In this document: one piece after another, positions 37,081 through 47,599 of the stretch | Position numbering within the stretch: position 1 is the first letter of the stretch | Layout: every line of letters starts with the position of its first letter | DNA from: Marsupella aquatica | Taxonomy: Eukaryota; Plantae; Marchantiophyta | NCBI GenBank assembly: GCA_973895155.1 | Contig: OZ316892.1 | Location: 22,111,168 to 22,175,167, forward strand | Length of the DNA stretch: 64,000 bases | Direction of reading: 5' to 3' | Position numbers and translations under genes: made by a program | The notes under the pieces: model-generated | The model's database searches: none | What the model was told of the DNA's origin: nothing | The model's input: the letters and a program-made list of their open reading frames with translations, nothing else

Positions 37081-40000
37081 TTACTCCAGGTCGAATTCAT
37101 CCTTCTCGTCTGAAGGTCCTCCCTGATCATCTCCTGGGATGGTGAACTCATCATCAGACCCTTCATCTTTGGGATCATCGTTCTTCGGGTCTGCGGCCCC
37201 TTTCAACTTCTGGGCATGTCTATCCAACACATTTGCCAAAGTTCTTTGTGCACACAGATGAAGAATGTCTCGATCTTCAACACCCACAACAAATCTCCCA
37301 GCGTATTCCCCAGCGGCAAAAGCACTTCCATCTCCAACAGTCCAGTCAATGACAATGTCCTTTGGCAAAGTAAGGATCTCCATTACGGCTTGCATGAACC
37401 CAACTGACAATCTATTGGAACCTGCGAAAGCCGCCCTGGGACTGGGATCAGTTTTTGGGTAGCAAACACTCAACATCGATTTATGGCGGGCATCCTCTGA
37501 GGAAGTCATTGGAACATATCCTGTATGTTTCGGGACTTTTGCCGAGAATTCCACCTTGCAGAAGACATCCATAATGAGAGTAACCACCTGAATTGAAAAC
37601 GATAATACGTAAGAAATGGGCACTTTTGGTTAGCGAGCTCGCTAGCAAAAATTGCACAAAAATATGGAGGATAACTTACCTCGATGTCCATATCTGCCTG
37701 ATACAAAGGAGATGAAAGCAAAACCGAATACTGCCGGACATGTTTAAATTTGTTCTTCTGTTCGACTGCAGAAAATTTTTGCCTCATATGGTTATAGTCA
37801 GAGCTGTGAAGAACTGCGACATAACCATCATCGGCAAGCATCGGACGCATGACTCCAAAGAAATAATATGGTAATTTCTCACTCCAAACATTCCACTTCG
37901 GGACCTCCCGGTCTGTGACGCTTGTTCGATGACCCGTGGGAAGGAATATGAAACCCAAGTGAGCACCAATTCCAGCGTAATTTTTTCCATTGATCATCAC
38001 GGCGTTTGGGTGTTCGCTCGATTTGCTCATTCCAGACAACCACTGATCCGCATCGCCCATCCAGGGAGGTCTTACTTTCCTCTGGCTAATTGAGTTTGCA
38101 GTTTCCGTGAGATTGCTCTTCGCCAAGAAATGCCTCTCACCGTCCTTCTTAAGACCACACATTCGTGCTACTCCTTGCGCGACGCATGCTTCCTCCTCAT
38201 CCGAGTCGGAGAGAATTTGGACATTGCGCTTCCTCTTTAAACGCTTGATTGAACCCAGGTCCACAGCAGATTTTGTTGTGACCTCAACATCAGGAGACTT
38301 GGGTTCTTCTCCATCATCCGCCCCACTCTTCAAACTGCCAGAGGCTGCAGCCTTTCTCTTCTCTGAAAAACATGTTAATGTCAGACAGGTGACTGAGACA
38401 AAATTACTCCGAATGAGGTATGAAAAAAAGAGGAGAAAAAGACTTACTTTGCTTCCCAGACAAGACTGATCCATCTTTGGACGTGTCCTTCACCGGCACT
38501 TTCTGAGGTCTCCTCGATCTACTCCGGTCCACAATGGCAGCTACACCAAGAACAGCGTTCTCCATTGCATCACATCCGCCAGCCTCGGCTTCTGTAGGAG
38601 CTAATTTGGACTCTGTAATGTACGACTCTGGTATCAAGCCTCGATTTATCATATGAAATGCTGCCTTCTCTGTTGTGTCAAATGTCACTGCCCATTTGTC
38701 TGATTCTAAATACCATGGACAGTGAAGGACTTCCCACTCACTCATCTTCCTTGGAGCCTCCACTCCCTCACATGGGTACATCGAGTACTCTCCATATTTA
38801 ACAGAGGTTGGATCCTCTTTCACTCCTGCTATCCAAGGCGAGAAGCAAGCAGGATAGGACCACCAATATGTTTTGTCAGCAACTTCTCTATCCACAAAAA
38901 AACGATACGTATATCTCTTCGCCCTCCTCCAAAAAAGTGAGATGTCAATCTTCTCACCCGACTTTGGTGGCCAAATCTGTTTGAAAAAACGAGATTTCAC
39001 TCTCGTTTGGAAATCTTCAAAGTCCTCCTCTATGTCAAGGATCAGCGATGGCTTTGTCTTCTCAGACGAAGTAAGGATCCTTGCATCTGGAACAGTTGGG
39101 ATCAACTCTGAAATAATCTCAGACATGAGCGAAGAACAAATTGACTCAACCTGCTCCCAAACAGCCCATCGGTGAAGCCAAAGTTTTGTTTTGCTGTCCG
39201 AGAATTGACCAGGGTGGAAGTACTTCTTGCGAAGCTCAGGTCTGCATTGTGCCTCGAGGAGTACACATCTGAGCTGGGGAGTCAACGATGAGACACCTGT
39301 AAATAGCCTCGCACGATCGAGACCACATGACACATTACCCCTTCCTTTATCGTCTGTTCGTTGGGCCTCCTTCCTCTCATGTTCGCAGTAGTTGTGCATC
39401 TCAACACACTTCTGGAAAAAGTCACCAAACTCAGGATTCAGGAGAGGTCCAATCTTTGGCACCTTCACATTCCAATCTGCCAGTTGCTCCTTCATCATGT
39501 CTTTGACTGCCATGTCTTGCGCAGCTTTTGAAAGAGGTTCTCCTTGCGCTTCTTTCAACTGAAACTTCTTCTTCAAATCTTCCGTCTGCGCTGCAATATT
39601 AGCAGCAGACAGAATGTACGTGCAGGCATCGAGTGTCATGTTCTTCGAATACCAAGCCGGTTTCCTGATATTTGCCATCTTCTGCTGGAAAAGTTTGTAG
39701 TTGTCTGCATCGATGATATCTTTGTATACAGAAAGGTCATTACTGAGAACCTTGTGGACTCTCTCTGCTTCAAGGACCCAAGAATTCTCAACGTGACATT
39801 GAGTCAACCTGAGCAAAAGAAACAGGTCAGCGAGATCGCTAACAAGAGAAAATGAAAGAATTTTATATACAATTCACAGCTTGAAGGAAAAGAAACAAAC
39901 CTATTCAGCGCATGCATTGCCGACTCAATCTGCACGAATGAGTTCTTGTCACCCTTGAAAATTTGACAAACAACTCGAGGATGATATTTGACATCATGGG

Positions 40001-40604
40001 GATTCTCGTCCGCAAGCTGCATCCATGAGTACAGACGATGATTTCCATCAAAAACACAGAACATTGTGTCTTTCAAAATTTTGAAAGCTTCGTGAGAATC
40101 ACATTCCCTCTCGAATTCTTCATTCTGAAGAATCCACATGTCATCCCACGACTCCCGAATCACATCCTCGCACATCTGGACAAGGCCATCTTCGCCGGTC
40201 ATTTGGACGTAAAATCGAGGCGCATCTTCGATGTATCCCTGCGTCCGGAATTCATTCTTGAGTGTCTCAATCGCAGTCGAGTTAGTTTGTAAGGACCGAA
40301 CGATCTGCATGTTTCGCATTCTGCAAAGGGGAATCCTCGGAGGAGCGAGCGGGAATCCAAATTTGTCATTTCCAAAAGGGAAAAGATGGCGATTGATGAC
40401 AACAGAATAGGGTTCTGAAGCTCCAGGTTGAAACGTAGGATTCACAACATCTACTTGGTTCACCATCTTGGGCCTCCTTGGTGTTTTCAATCCCGCCTGG
40501 AGCGCCTTCTTGTTCACTGTAGACCTGGTCTCCCTTCGGCTTGACTCGACTGACTTGAACGATCCTATTGATGACAAGCTCTCGGGTGAAGACAATGGCT
40601 CCAT
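37081..40604 (-). CDS. MULE accessory gene: ParB/Srx-like N-terminal domain + beta-class N6/N4 DNA-methyltransferase-like C-terminal fold (~1084 aa, 4 predicted exons)
   Basis: Exons 40604-39901, 39808-38448, 38362-37680 and 37587-37081 join through phase-compatible GT-AG introns with no stops. ParB-like: RIPLCRMR...VR...IETLKNEFRTQGY...VFDGNHRL. MTase-like: MRPMLADDGYVAVL and ILTLPKDIVIDWTVGDGSAFAAGEYAGRFVVGVE. A fifth exon at 36979-36640 is possible. Confidence 0.75.
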
Positions 40605-41279
40605 CAGGGGGTCCGTGAAGTGATAAGGGTATCAACAGGTCAAGGTCGAGGGCGACACGCTTTGCGAACATAAAAACACCCGAGAATCGATCTTCCAATC
40701 AAAGACAGAATCGTACCCTCGTCTGTTGCTTTCACCTGAATGCTGCGCCCGGTCGTGAAAAGAGATACAAATATTCTGTATGACTCTTCTCGCAATCATT
40801 TTTCAGACAACGTCAGGTATACATGTACTTCCAGAAATACGAACCACCAAACTCACGACTGAAAGAAAAGTATCTAATGACAATGAGACAGGTGTCCAGT
40901 ACTGTACCGTACTGTTGACATGTAGGTACCCGTTGACCAATTCCAACGGATATAAACGGTCACAATGGTCTCTTATGAGGAAATGTTTTTGCTAGCGACA
41001 TCGCTAGCCAAAAAATGACCACTAAATACATTAACTCCTAAAGGGTGTTTTGTAAGGATTTGAACAATTTTACTTGGTTCATTGAGCTAGCGAGATCGCT
41101 AGCTTTATCATTCCGCAAATAGAGTCATATAAGACAAAATAACGGTCAGATAACGGGAATAAGAGGCATTTATTAAATAAATACGTTGAGTCCAACACCT
41201 ACACAAGCACATTTCCTCATATGTATTTGGAGAAAGAAGAGAGCAAAGTATCTCACATTGTGGTTTGCTGTAGACTATA

Positions 41280-44200
41280 ATGTCCAAAACTTCCAGCATG
41301 TCTTCATTGGGATCGAAGGTTGTGATCGAGAGAAAGACGACGGGTGATGTTGTTGTTCTGGATGTTCCGGAGAATACTATTATCTCTGTCAAGGAGTCTT
41401 TTCTCTCATCGAGGTTTGGGCTTTTGAAAGATGATTTCATCTGGAAGTTGTTCGTTCTTTACTCTCGGGATGGATCCAGAAGTCACGAGGTGTCGGATAA
41501 TGGTTCAGGAATATTGCCAGAAAGAGCTTGGGACCTAAAGGGTGGTTCAGATGTAGAGCTAGTCTCATGTAAGGATGACATTGCACATATCAATGTTTCC
41601 GATCCAGAATCCCCGACTCGACCGTCACCTGCAGTACCAGAAATTATTGACATCTCCCCTGAGAGTGTGGGTAGGGATGTCTCTTCTGTGTCGACAAAGT
41701 CTTCTGAGAAATCCGTTTTTGAAGCAGTGAGTCAAAACGAGTTTCAATCTGAGCCAGTTCTTTATCGAGTTAGTGCATATGATGCCTTTCTCAATATTAT
41801 TGGGTCAAGCGAGTTGGCAAATTTCCGCAGGGGAAACGATTGGAAGGAGATTCAAGTGCAGACTTTGCCCACTTCATACAATGGAAACTGCGTTTTTGAG
41901 CTTCCTCCGGTGGAAGGTCAATTTCGTCGAGGATATGGTCTTCAGGACATGGATAGGGATAATGACGGCTATCCATGGACGAGACTTCTCACAACTTCAG
42001 CTAATCTCAAACCTCGCAATCACTGGTCTGTGTCAAAAGTCAGATGTGCCGGTGTACTTGAATGCCAAAATCTGGTCTGTAGAAAGTTGAAGCACACCGG
42101 TTCAAAAAATGACTCTTCCTTCCGAGGAAAGGGACAATTTACTGAGCCGTTTCATCTTGGTGAGCTTGTGGAGGAAGGAGGGTTGGTGTGCGGATTCTGT
42201 GAGGAGAGGCCTCTCTGCATCCGTGAATGTCCGGCTAAGCTTTTGTACGTCTATCCTAAGCCGTCTCTTGAGTCAAATGTTGCGAAACATATGTCTCGAT
42301 TGGCTGTTCACATGGGTTTCCATGACCACGTTGTTTGGAAGGGGAAATCTCGATTGGCAAAAAAGCAGGCGGAGGAGATAGTTTCTGGTGTTCATAAAGC
42401 GAATCCCGTGTGTATGTCAGGGCGTGTTCTTAACAAGTCTATAGGAAACCTGGTTTCTCTTTTGCATCCAGAGTCTTCTTCAGAACTATCAAAAGAAGAA
42501 GAGAGAGAGATTTGGGAATCGATGAAGGTTGTGTCCACTGTTGAGAAATTCCAGGCCATATTCCGGAGCGTGAAAATGGATAACCCAAAAAAGGGTGAGT
42601 TGGATTCTCTTCGTGAGATGCAAGCACGGAATAATTTTCCTTACGTTCAGAGGTACCTTTTCCCTGGGCAGGGGAGCAAGACCGATAGGGCTCATGTCTT
42701 CAAAATGAGTACAAATGGCCCAGGTTCTGGTGTCGATATTCTCAGGCAGATGAAGAGTGGAGGTGAGCTGGAAGGAGCATGGGTCAGTTCTGATATAATG
42801 CGGAGAATAAGCACTGGGTGGCTGACTTTCAGCGCCCATGTGTACGACCATAATTACAAGTCCCTTTGTACCATCTTCACTTGTGAGCTCCGTGCGGAGG
42901 ACTCCTTATCTCTTGAAACCGCATGGAGATATATGATTGAAGTTGCCTCTGATCATGATGTGCATGACCCACTCATTGGAGGATTTATTGCCGATAATGT
43001 CGAGGTTGGATGGATCGCCATTCGAAATGTTTTTTTTGGAGGTGTCCGTCACCCACAGAAGGAGCATAGTGACGCCTTTCACTTTGCTCAATCTCTTCGT
43101 CGTCACACATTGGAGGGTATTCGGGAAGATCGCCATCGAGAGCACTATAAACTGTGGGAAAGGCTGAGAACAGCACCAACATATGTTCAGGCCTACCGTG
43201 TTGCTGACGAAATCCATCGTTGGTGGAAGGAAGGAAACTGCTATGCTGGGAAATTGAAGTCTCTCCAAGGATGGTTATCTTGGTGGGTCGTGAGGTGGAG
43301 GCAGTGGGGGAACTTCATCCGCGTTGTAAGTGTCCAATTTCATTTCTCTTTGACGTCATTGTTTTTGCTAGCGACCTCGCTAGCATATCAGGTCTGACTG
43401 GGGACTACTTTTTGCAGACGCAAACCGCAATGGAGTTAGCCTTGATGCCAAATTGTACTGGAGCGGAATCAGTCCATGCATCCATGAGATCATGCCAAAT
43501 GAAGAAACTAGTGGGATTGATTGAAGCATGTGAGGTGGACCAGAATCGTGCTGCGGGGCAAATTGCTGCTTTTACTGCCTACAGTGAAGGTGTTCACAGA
43601 GGCCAGGGGCCGACCATTTTTGAATTAGCATATAGGAACGCCGATGCTATGGGATCCATGGATGCTTACGAAAAGGCAGCAAATCTTTTGCTTGAGTCTT
43701 CAGCTAAGTATGAATTCTATAGAACAGTTCCATTACATGGCGATCTCCGAACAACATCCACGAAGAGGAAAGGGAAAGCTTCAGCTGTAATCCACGAGAA
43801 TGACTCCCACAGACATGACAAGGTGTCACGCACAACAGCTTCTCCTTCAGGACTAAAAAGGCGTAATCTCTATCCTGAATTTCGCTTCGTCAATGTTTCG
43901 GAGACTTCTGCGGACCCAGAAGTAGCAAATAATACAACTTCGGCAACACCTGTCGGAGGTTGTTCTGCTGGAGTTATCCATATTTCAGATGATGATGGTG
44001 ATGATGCAAGTCGTAATGTCAATGATACCGTGAAGATGGGGACTCAACCTCAGTGTGATGTCGAGGATGACCATCGGGATGCCCCCCAAAGGATCCCTTC
44101 CATCCGAGAGGTTGATGTTCCTTATGGGACCTGGCATCTCAGGCGGAGCGGTAGAGGTGCTGGACCTGTTTGCAACGGGTCGGTTGACCGAAGCATTTTT

Positions 44201-44994
44201 GGAAGAGATGAATGTAGAAATCTCATCAAGGAGACTGGATGTAAGTCCGTGCAAGGGGGAATTGTTGGAGTCGCCATTCACGGGTTGCGATTATCGTCTC
44301 CACATCGCCAGTTGTTGTACTTCTGTCCTAATAATAAGTGTCACAAGAGCCGAGGACGCAGAACTCTAGCTCAACTACCCCCCCCCCACCCGAGTCGCTC
44401 AAGGTTCAGCGTGGGACTTGCCTCTCCCATCCCGAGATAGAGTTTCTGCTGGGATTAGGATTCCAGATCAATGGACTCTCCTATGTGGATGCAAATCAAG
44501 TTGGAGAGTTCCCGTCCCCCAATCGGGTCAACCTACGAATTGATGTTAACTCATTCCCCGAACGAATTGATCTAACTAATGTGGACCATCGGTTGAAAAC
44601 TCGAAATGGTAAGGGTGCAAGACAGCGTTTCAGCAATACTCCAGAGTTGCTCAAGCGCATCGTTTCCGCTACACAAGAATACATGAGAGTTGTCGGAAAT
44701 GAGAAGGTAACTACCGGAAATGGATGGGGTTGGAGATACTTGATCGCCACTCACGAGACTGATTCACAAGTTCCGCACACATATTGGGTGCAAATCTGTT
44801 GTTTCCCTTCGTGTTCTTGTGAAGACTTTTATAAGAGGCATACACGAGGGAAACCATACATGTCTTGTAAACATCTGCTGTGGGTGTATTTAAACAAGTT
44901 TTCACTCAACCTAGAGAAGGACGACCTTGTCAAACAGCCAATTCTGACTGTTGGGGAAGTGAGGAGTTTAATTCCGTTACAGATAGGGGACTAG
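41280..44994 (+). CDS. MULE transposase with GCM-like domain, DDE core and SWIM finger (intron 43326-43417; frameshift in C10 run at 44378-44387)
   Basis: GCM-like: DGYPW...VRCAGVLECQNLVC...CGFC...ECPAKL...GFHDH. DDE: WVSSD, FIADN, DAFHF (CxxH position), GAESVH. SWIM: CSCEDF...CKHLLWV. Confidence 0.82.
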
Positions 44995-45616
44995 TCGTTT
45001 ATTGGAGATGCTAATTATAGGGTGGTGGGATGGATTACTCGAGTTTGTGGTTTCACAAATATCAATTTGTTTTCACCGAGTGAATCATAATGTTAGCGAG
45101 GTCCACAATGGTAACTTTTATGGTGTTTGAGTTTTCTGTTTACGGTTAGCGATCTCTCTAGTCTTAGGAAGTCTGCTGCATCCTGACAGAAACATCCTAC
45201 TTTCATACGTGTTAATCTATCGACAAGTTTCTATAGAGTTCACGGTTTGATCATTAAAATGACGCCAGTTTTTGGCTAGCGAGATCGCTAGTCTGATCAA
45301 CGGAATTTAGGACAGGATGTGACAGGATGTTTAGGGTTTAGGGAGGGAAGTTTCCCCTGAAGTTGTTATGGTAATACTCCATCGAATTGATTATCAAAGA
45401 TGAACACAGTTCTATACTAGCGATATCGCTAGTCTGGGAAAGGTCCAACAGTGACTTCAAAATAAAAGTACTATGTGCGAAATGGCATTCCAGAGAAACA
45501 CATAGAAATGAAAGGACCACCCAAACTTTACTTCTCATACATATTGAAAGTATATGAGGACATGCGGTTCGCTTGTAACTACAAAAATTTCAGTAAATCC
45601 ACAACCTGACTCTACC

Positions 45617-46049
45617 CTCAGGGGCTGGACGCCTTCCATGCATCGGAGTCAGTGTCTGACTCTGAATCGTAATCCGAAGAGGCGAGGCGTTCCTCGGTCC
45701 AGTAGTCATAGATCTCCCTATCAATCCAATACTGATCCTCTTCTGTGAGCCTCTTCCTCTTCGATACAACCTCGCGCTATGTGGTATCCACCTTTGGCTT
45801 CGGTGGAGACTTTGCTGCTGGAATTAACTTTGGAGGAGTAGGTGTTCTCCTCAATGATGATGACGATCCAACAGATTGACCGAGTTCGGTTGGGACACTG
45901 CTGCCTAAGGAGACCTTCATAGTCTCTGCATTGGGTTTCTGCTTCGGAGGAGAGTCATCTTCAAGCGAGCCATCTGTCGCCGGGTTGTAACGACGGATCT
46001 CAAGTCTCCATTTCCCCTGAGGAGGATTGCTTGGAACACCAGACATTTC
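45617..46049 (-). pseudogene. Small low-complexity ORF in the MULE (Pro/Ser-rich, basic KRKR, acidic tail; one in-frame TAG)
   Basis: The frame continues past the TAG at 45777-45779 as REVVSKRKRLTEEDQYWIDREIYDYWTEERLASSDYDSESD. Confidence 0.3.
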
Positions 46050-47599
46050 TCTGCACTTACGAAACCCAAACAATGATTAAAGAGAACAGGATTCAACAAA
46101 TGGAAACATTATTCACGGTGGAATACGATGAATATCATGCCTTGTCGGAGAGTTCTTCCCTTAAAACAGCTCAAAGAATAGACCCGTGCTTACCTGAACT
46201 AGATCTGGAGAGTGTTGAGAACTTGGAACACTGATAGCAGTTCCGAATGAAAGAGATCAAGTCGGACGCGGTGGAAGTGATCGGGAGAATGATTTGGAAG
46301 ACTGGTGGTTTTTGGGCTAGCGGATTTGTTTAAGTGGACCGTTCGACGCCTTGGATTCGAGTCTGGTTCGAACGGTAAGTGTCCCGTTCACTTGCAAGTG
46401 ACTTAATTAGTGTCCAAACGGCCTTAATCCTCCTTTCCTCGGTAGTAATGACACGTTGATTCTTTTCACGCGGGAATCGCGAAGTACTTTTTTGTTATTA
46501 CTCTTCCTCGGGTGGGAATTTTCACATGTGGAAGCCTGTACGTGGAGACCGTACCTCGTATGAGTGGCTCAATGTGTTGGCATCATTAGACTAGCGATTT
46601 CGCTGGCCTGAAGATATGTCATTTTGATCTATTGCGTTCACGGGACTAGAATCGTCCATGGGTAGCCGTCTATATTTATTGATCGAACAGGGTCTCCATG
46701 CTAGCGAGGAATATTCCAGACCTTTTTTGGGCCCCAATACAAGGTGACATCTTGCCCGTGCGAGCAAAAATTCTACTGTTTGCTCGCACGTTACAATTAC
46801 CCTTTTGTTTAGAGGAAACTTGTCCCTAAGTATAAGAGGGAAAGTTTCCACCATTTTACTCAGACTTGCATTTCACTTGTGAAAGTCTCCTTCTTTGAAG
46901 AGAAGTAATAGATTCATAATTTTGGTGATCTATGCTTTGTGTTTGGACATTAGTGTGTGACCATTCTTGCTAGAAAATCTATGGAAAGTGACTAGCAATG
47001 TCATAGTTAACCTTTAGGCTGACTGGAAATGCATGCCTGAGACCATGCAAAGGTCTAAAGATTCATGTTGACTATGGAATACTTATGGCTTATTAAGTAT
47101 TAGTGGAAGAAGCATCATACGAGAACTCACAAATTGCGTAGTACTAAAAGAGCAATCTGAAGGATTGAATCGAAGAATAAGTTAGTTCGGAGTGATGAGT
47201 ACCGCCTTGCTTTGACCTGGCCATAAAGTTAATACGGGCTATCTTATATACATCTTTTACAAATTCTTAGATGGTTGGCTTTAAGGATTAGCTTTAGGCA
47301 TCAGCCTAATTTAGTCAGACTCTCTGTTGACTCTTAATCGTGCCTAACTTAGTCCTGGATTGCTAAGTGGCGAGAGGAGATGAGACATTTAAGGCTCGCC
47401 TAATCCTCTCTTTACGCCTCCGGCTTTTGGTTGTTTTGTTATAGTTTTAGAATTAATTATTGCACTGTTGATGATGCAAACATCACAATACCTGAGGATG
47501 TATTAAAAATTCCTTCCACCTGACCTAAGCATGTCGGTAAAGGCTTAAAATCTGAGATAGGTTAGCTTAACTATCTCAAAGTATATTAATATCATCTTT

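Larger units (their letters stand above)
36309..46802. mobile_element. Mutator-like element (MULE), 10,494 bp, nested in the CACTA
   Basis: A 9-bp TSD TTTTGTTTA sits at 36300-36308 and 46803-46811. Short imperfect TIRs GAGGTATTCTATTGTGCGAGCAAACAG vs GGGTAATTGTAACGTGCGAGCAAACAG share a 14-bp identical core. It contains a DDE/SWIM transposase. Confidence 0.88.

Noticed and set aside
37932-37952. Calling the accessory protein an active 6mA/4mC methyltransferase
   Set aside because: No DPPY/NPPY/SPPY motif is visible in the spliced product. The YPPY seen in the ORF track falls inside the predicted intron 37588-37679.
37081-40604. Bacterial or phage contamination explaining the ParB/MTase-like gene
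   Set aside because: The gene has phase-compatible GT-AG introns and lies inside a TSD-bounded eukaryotic MULE nested in plant TEs.
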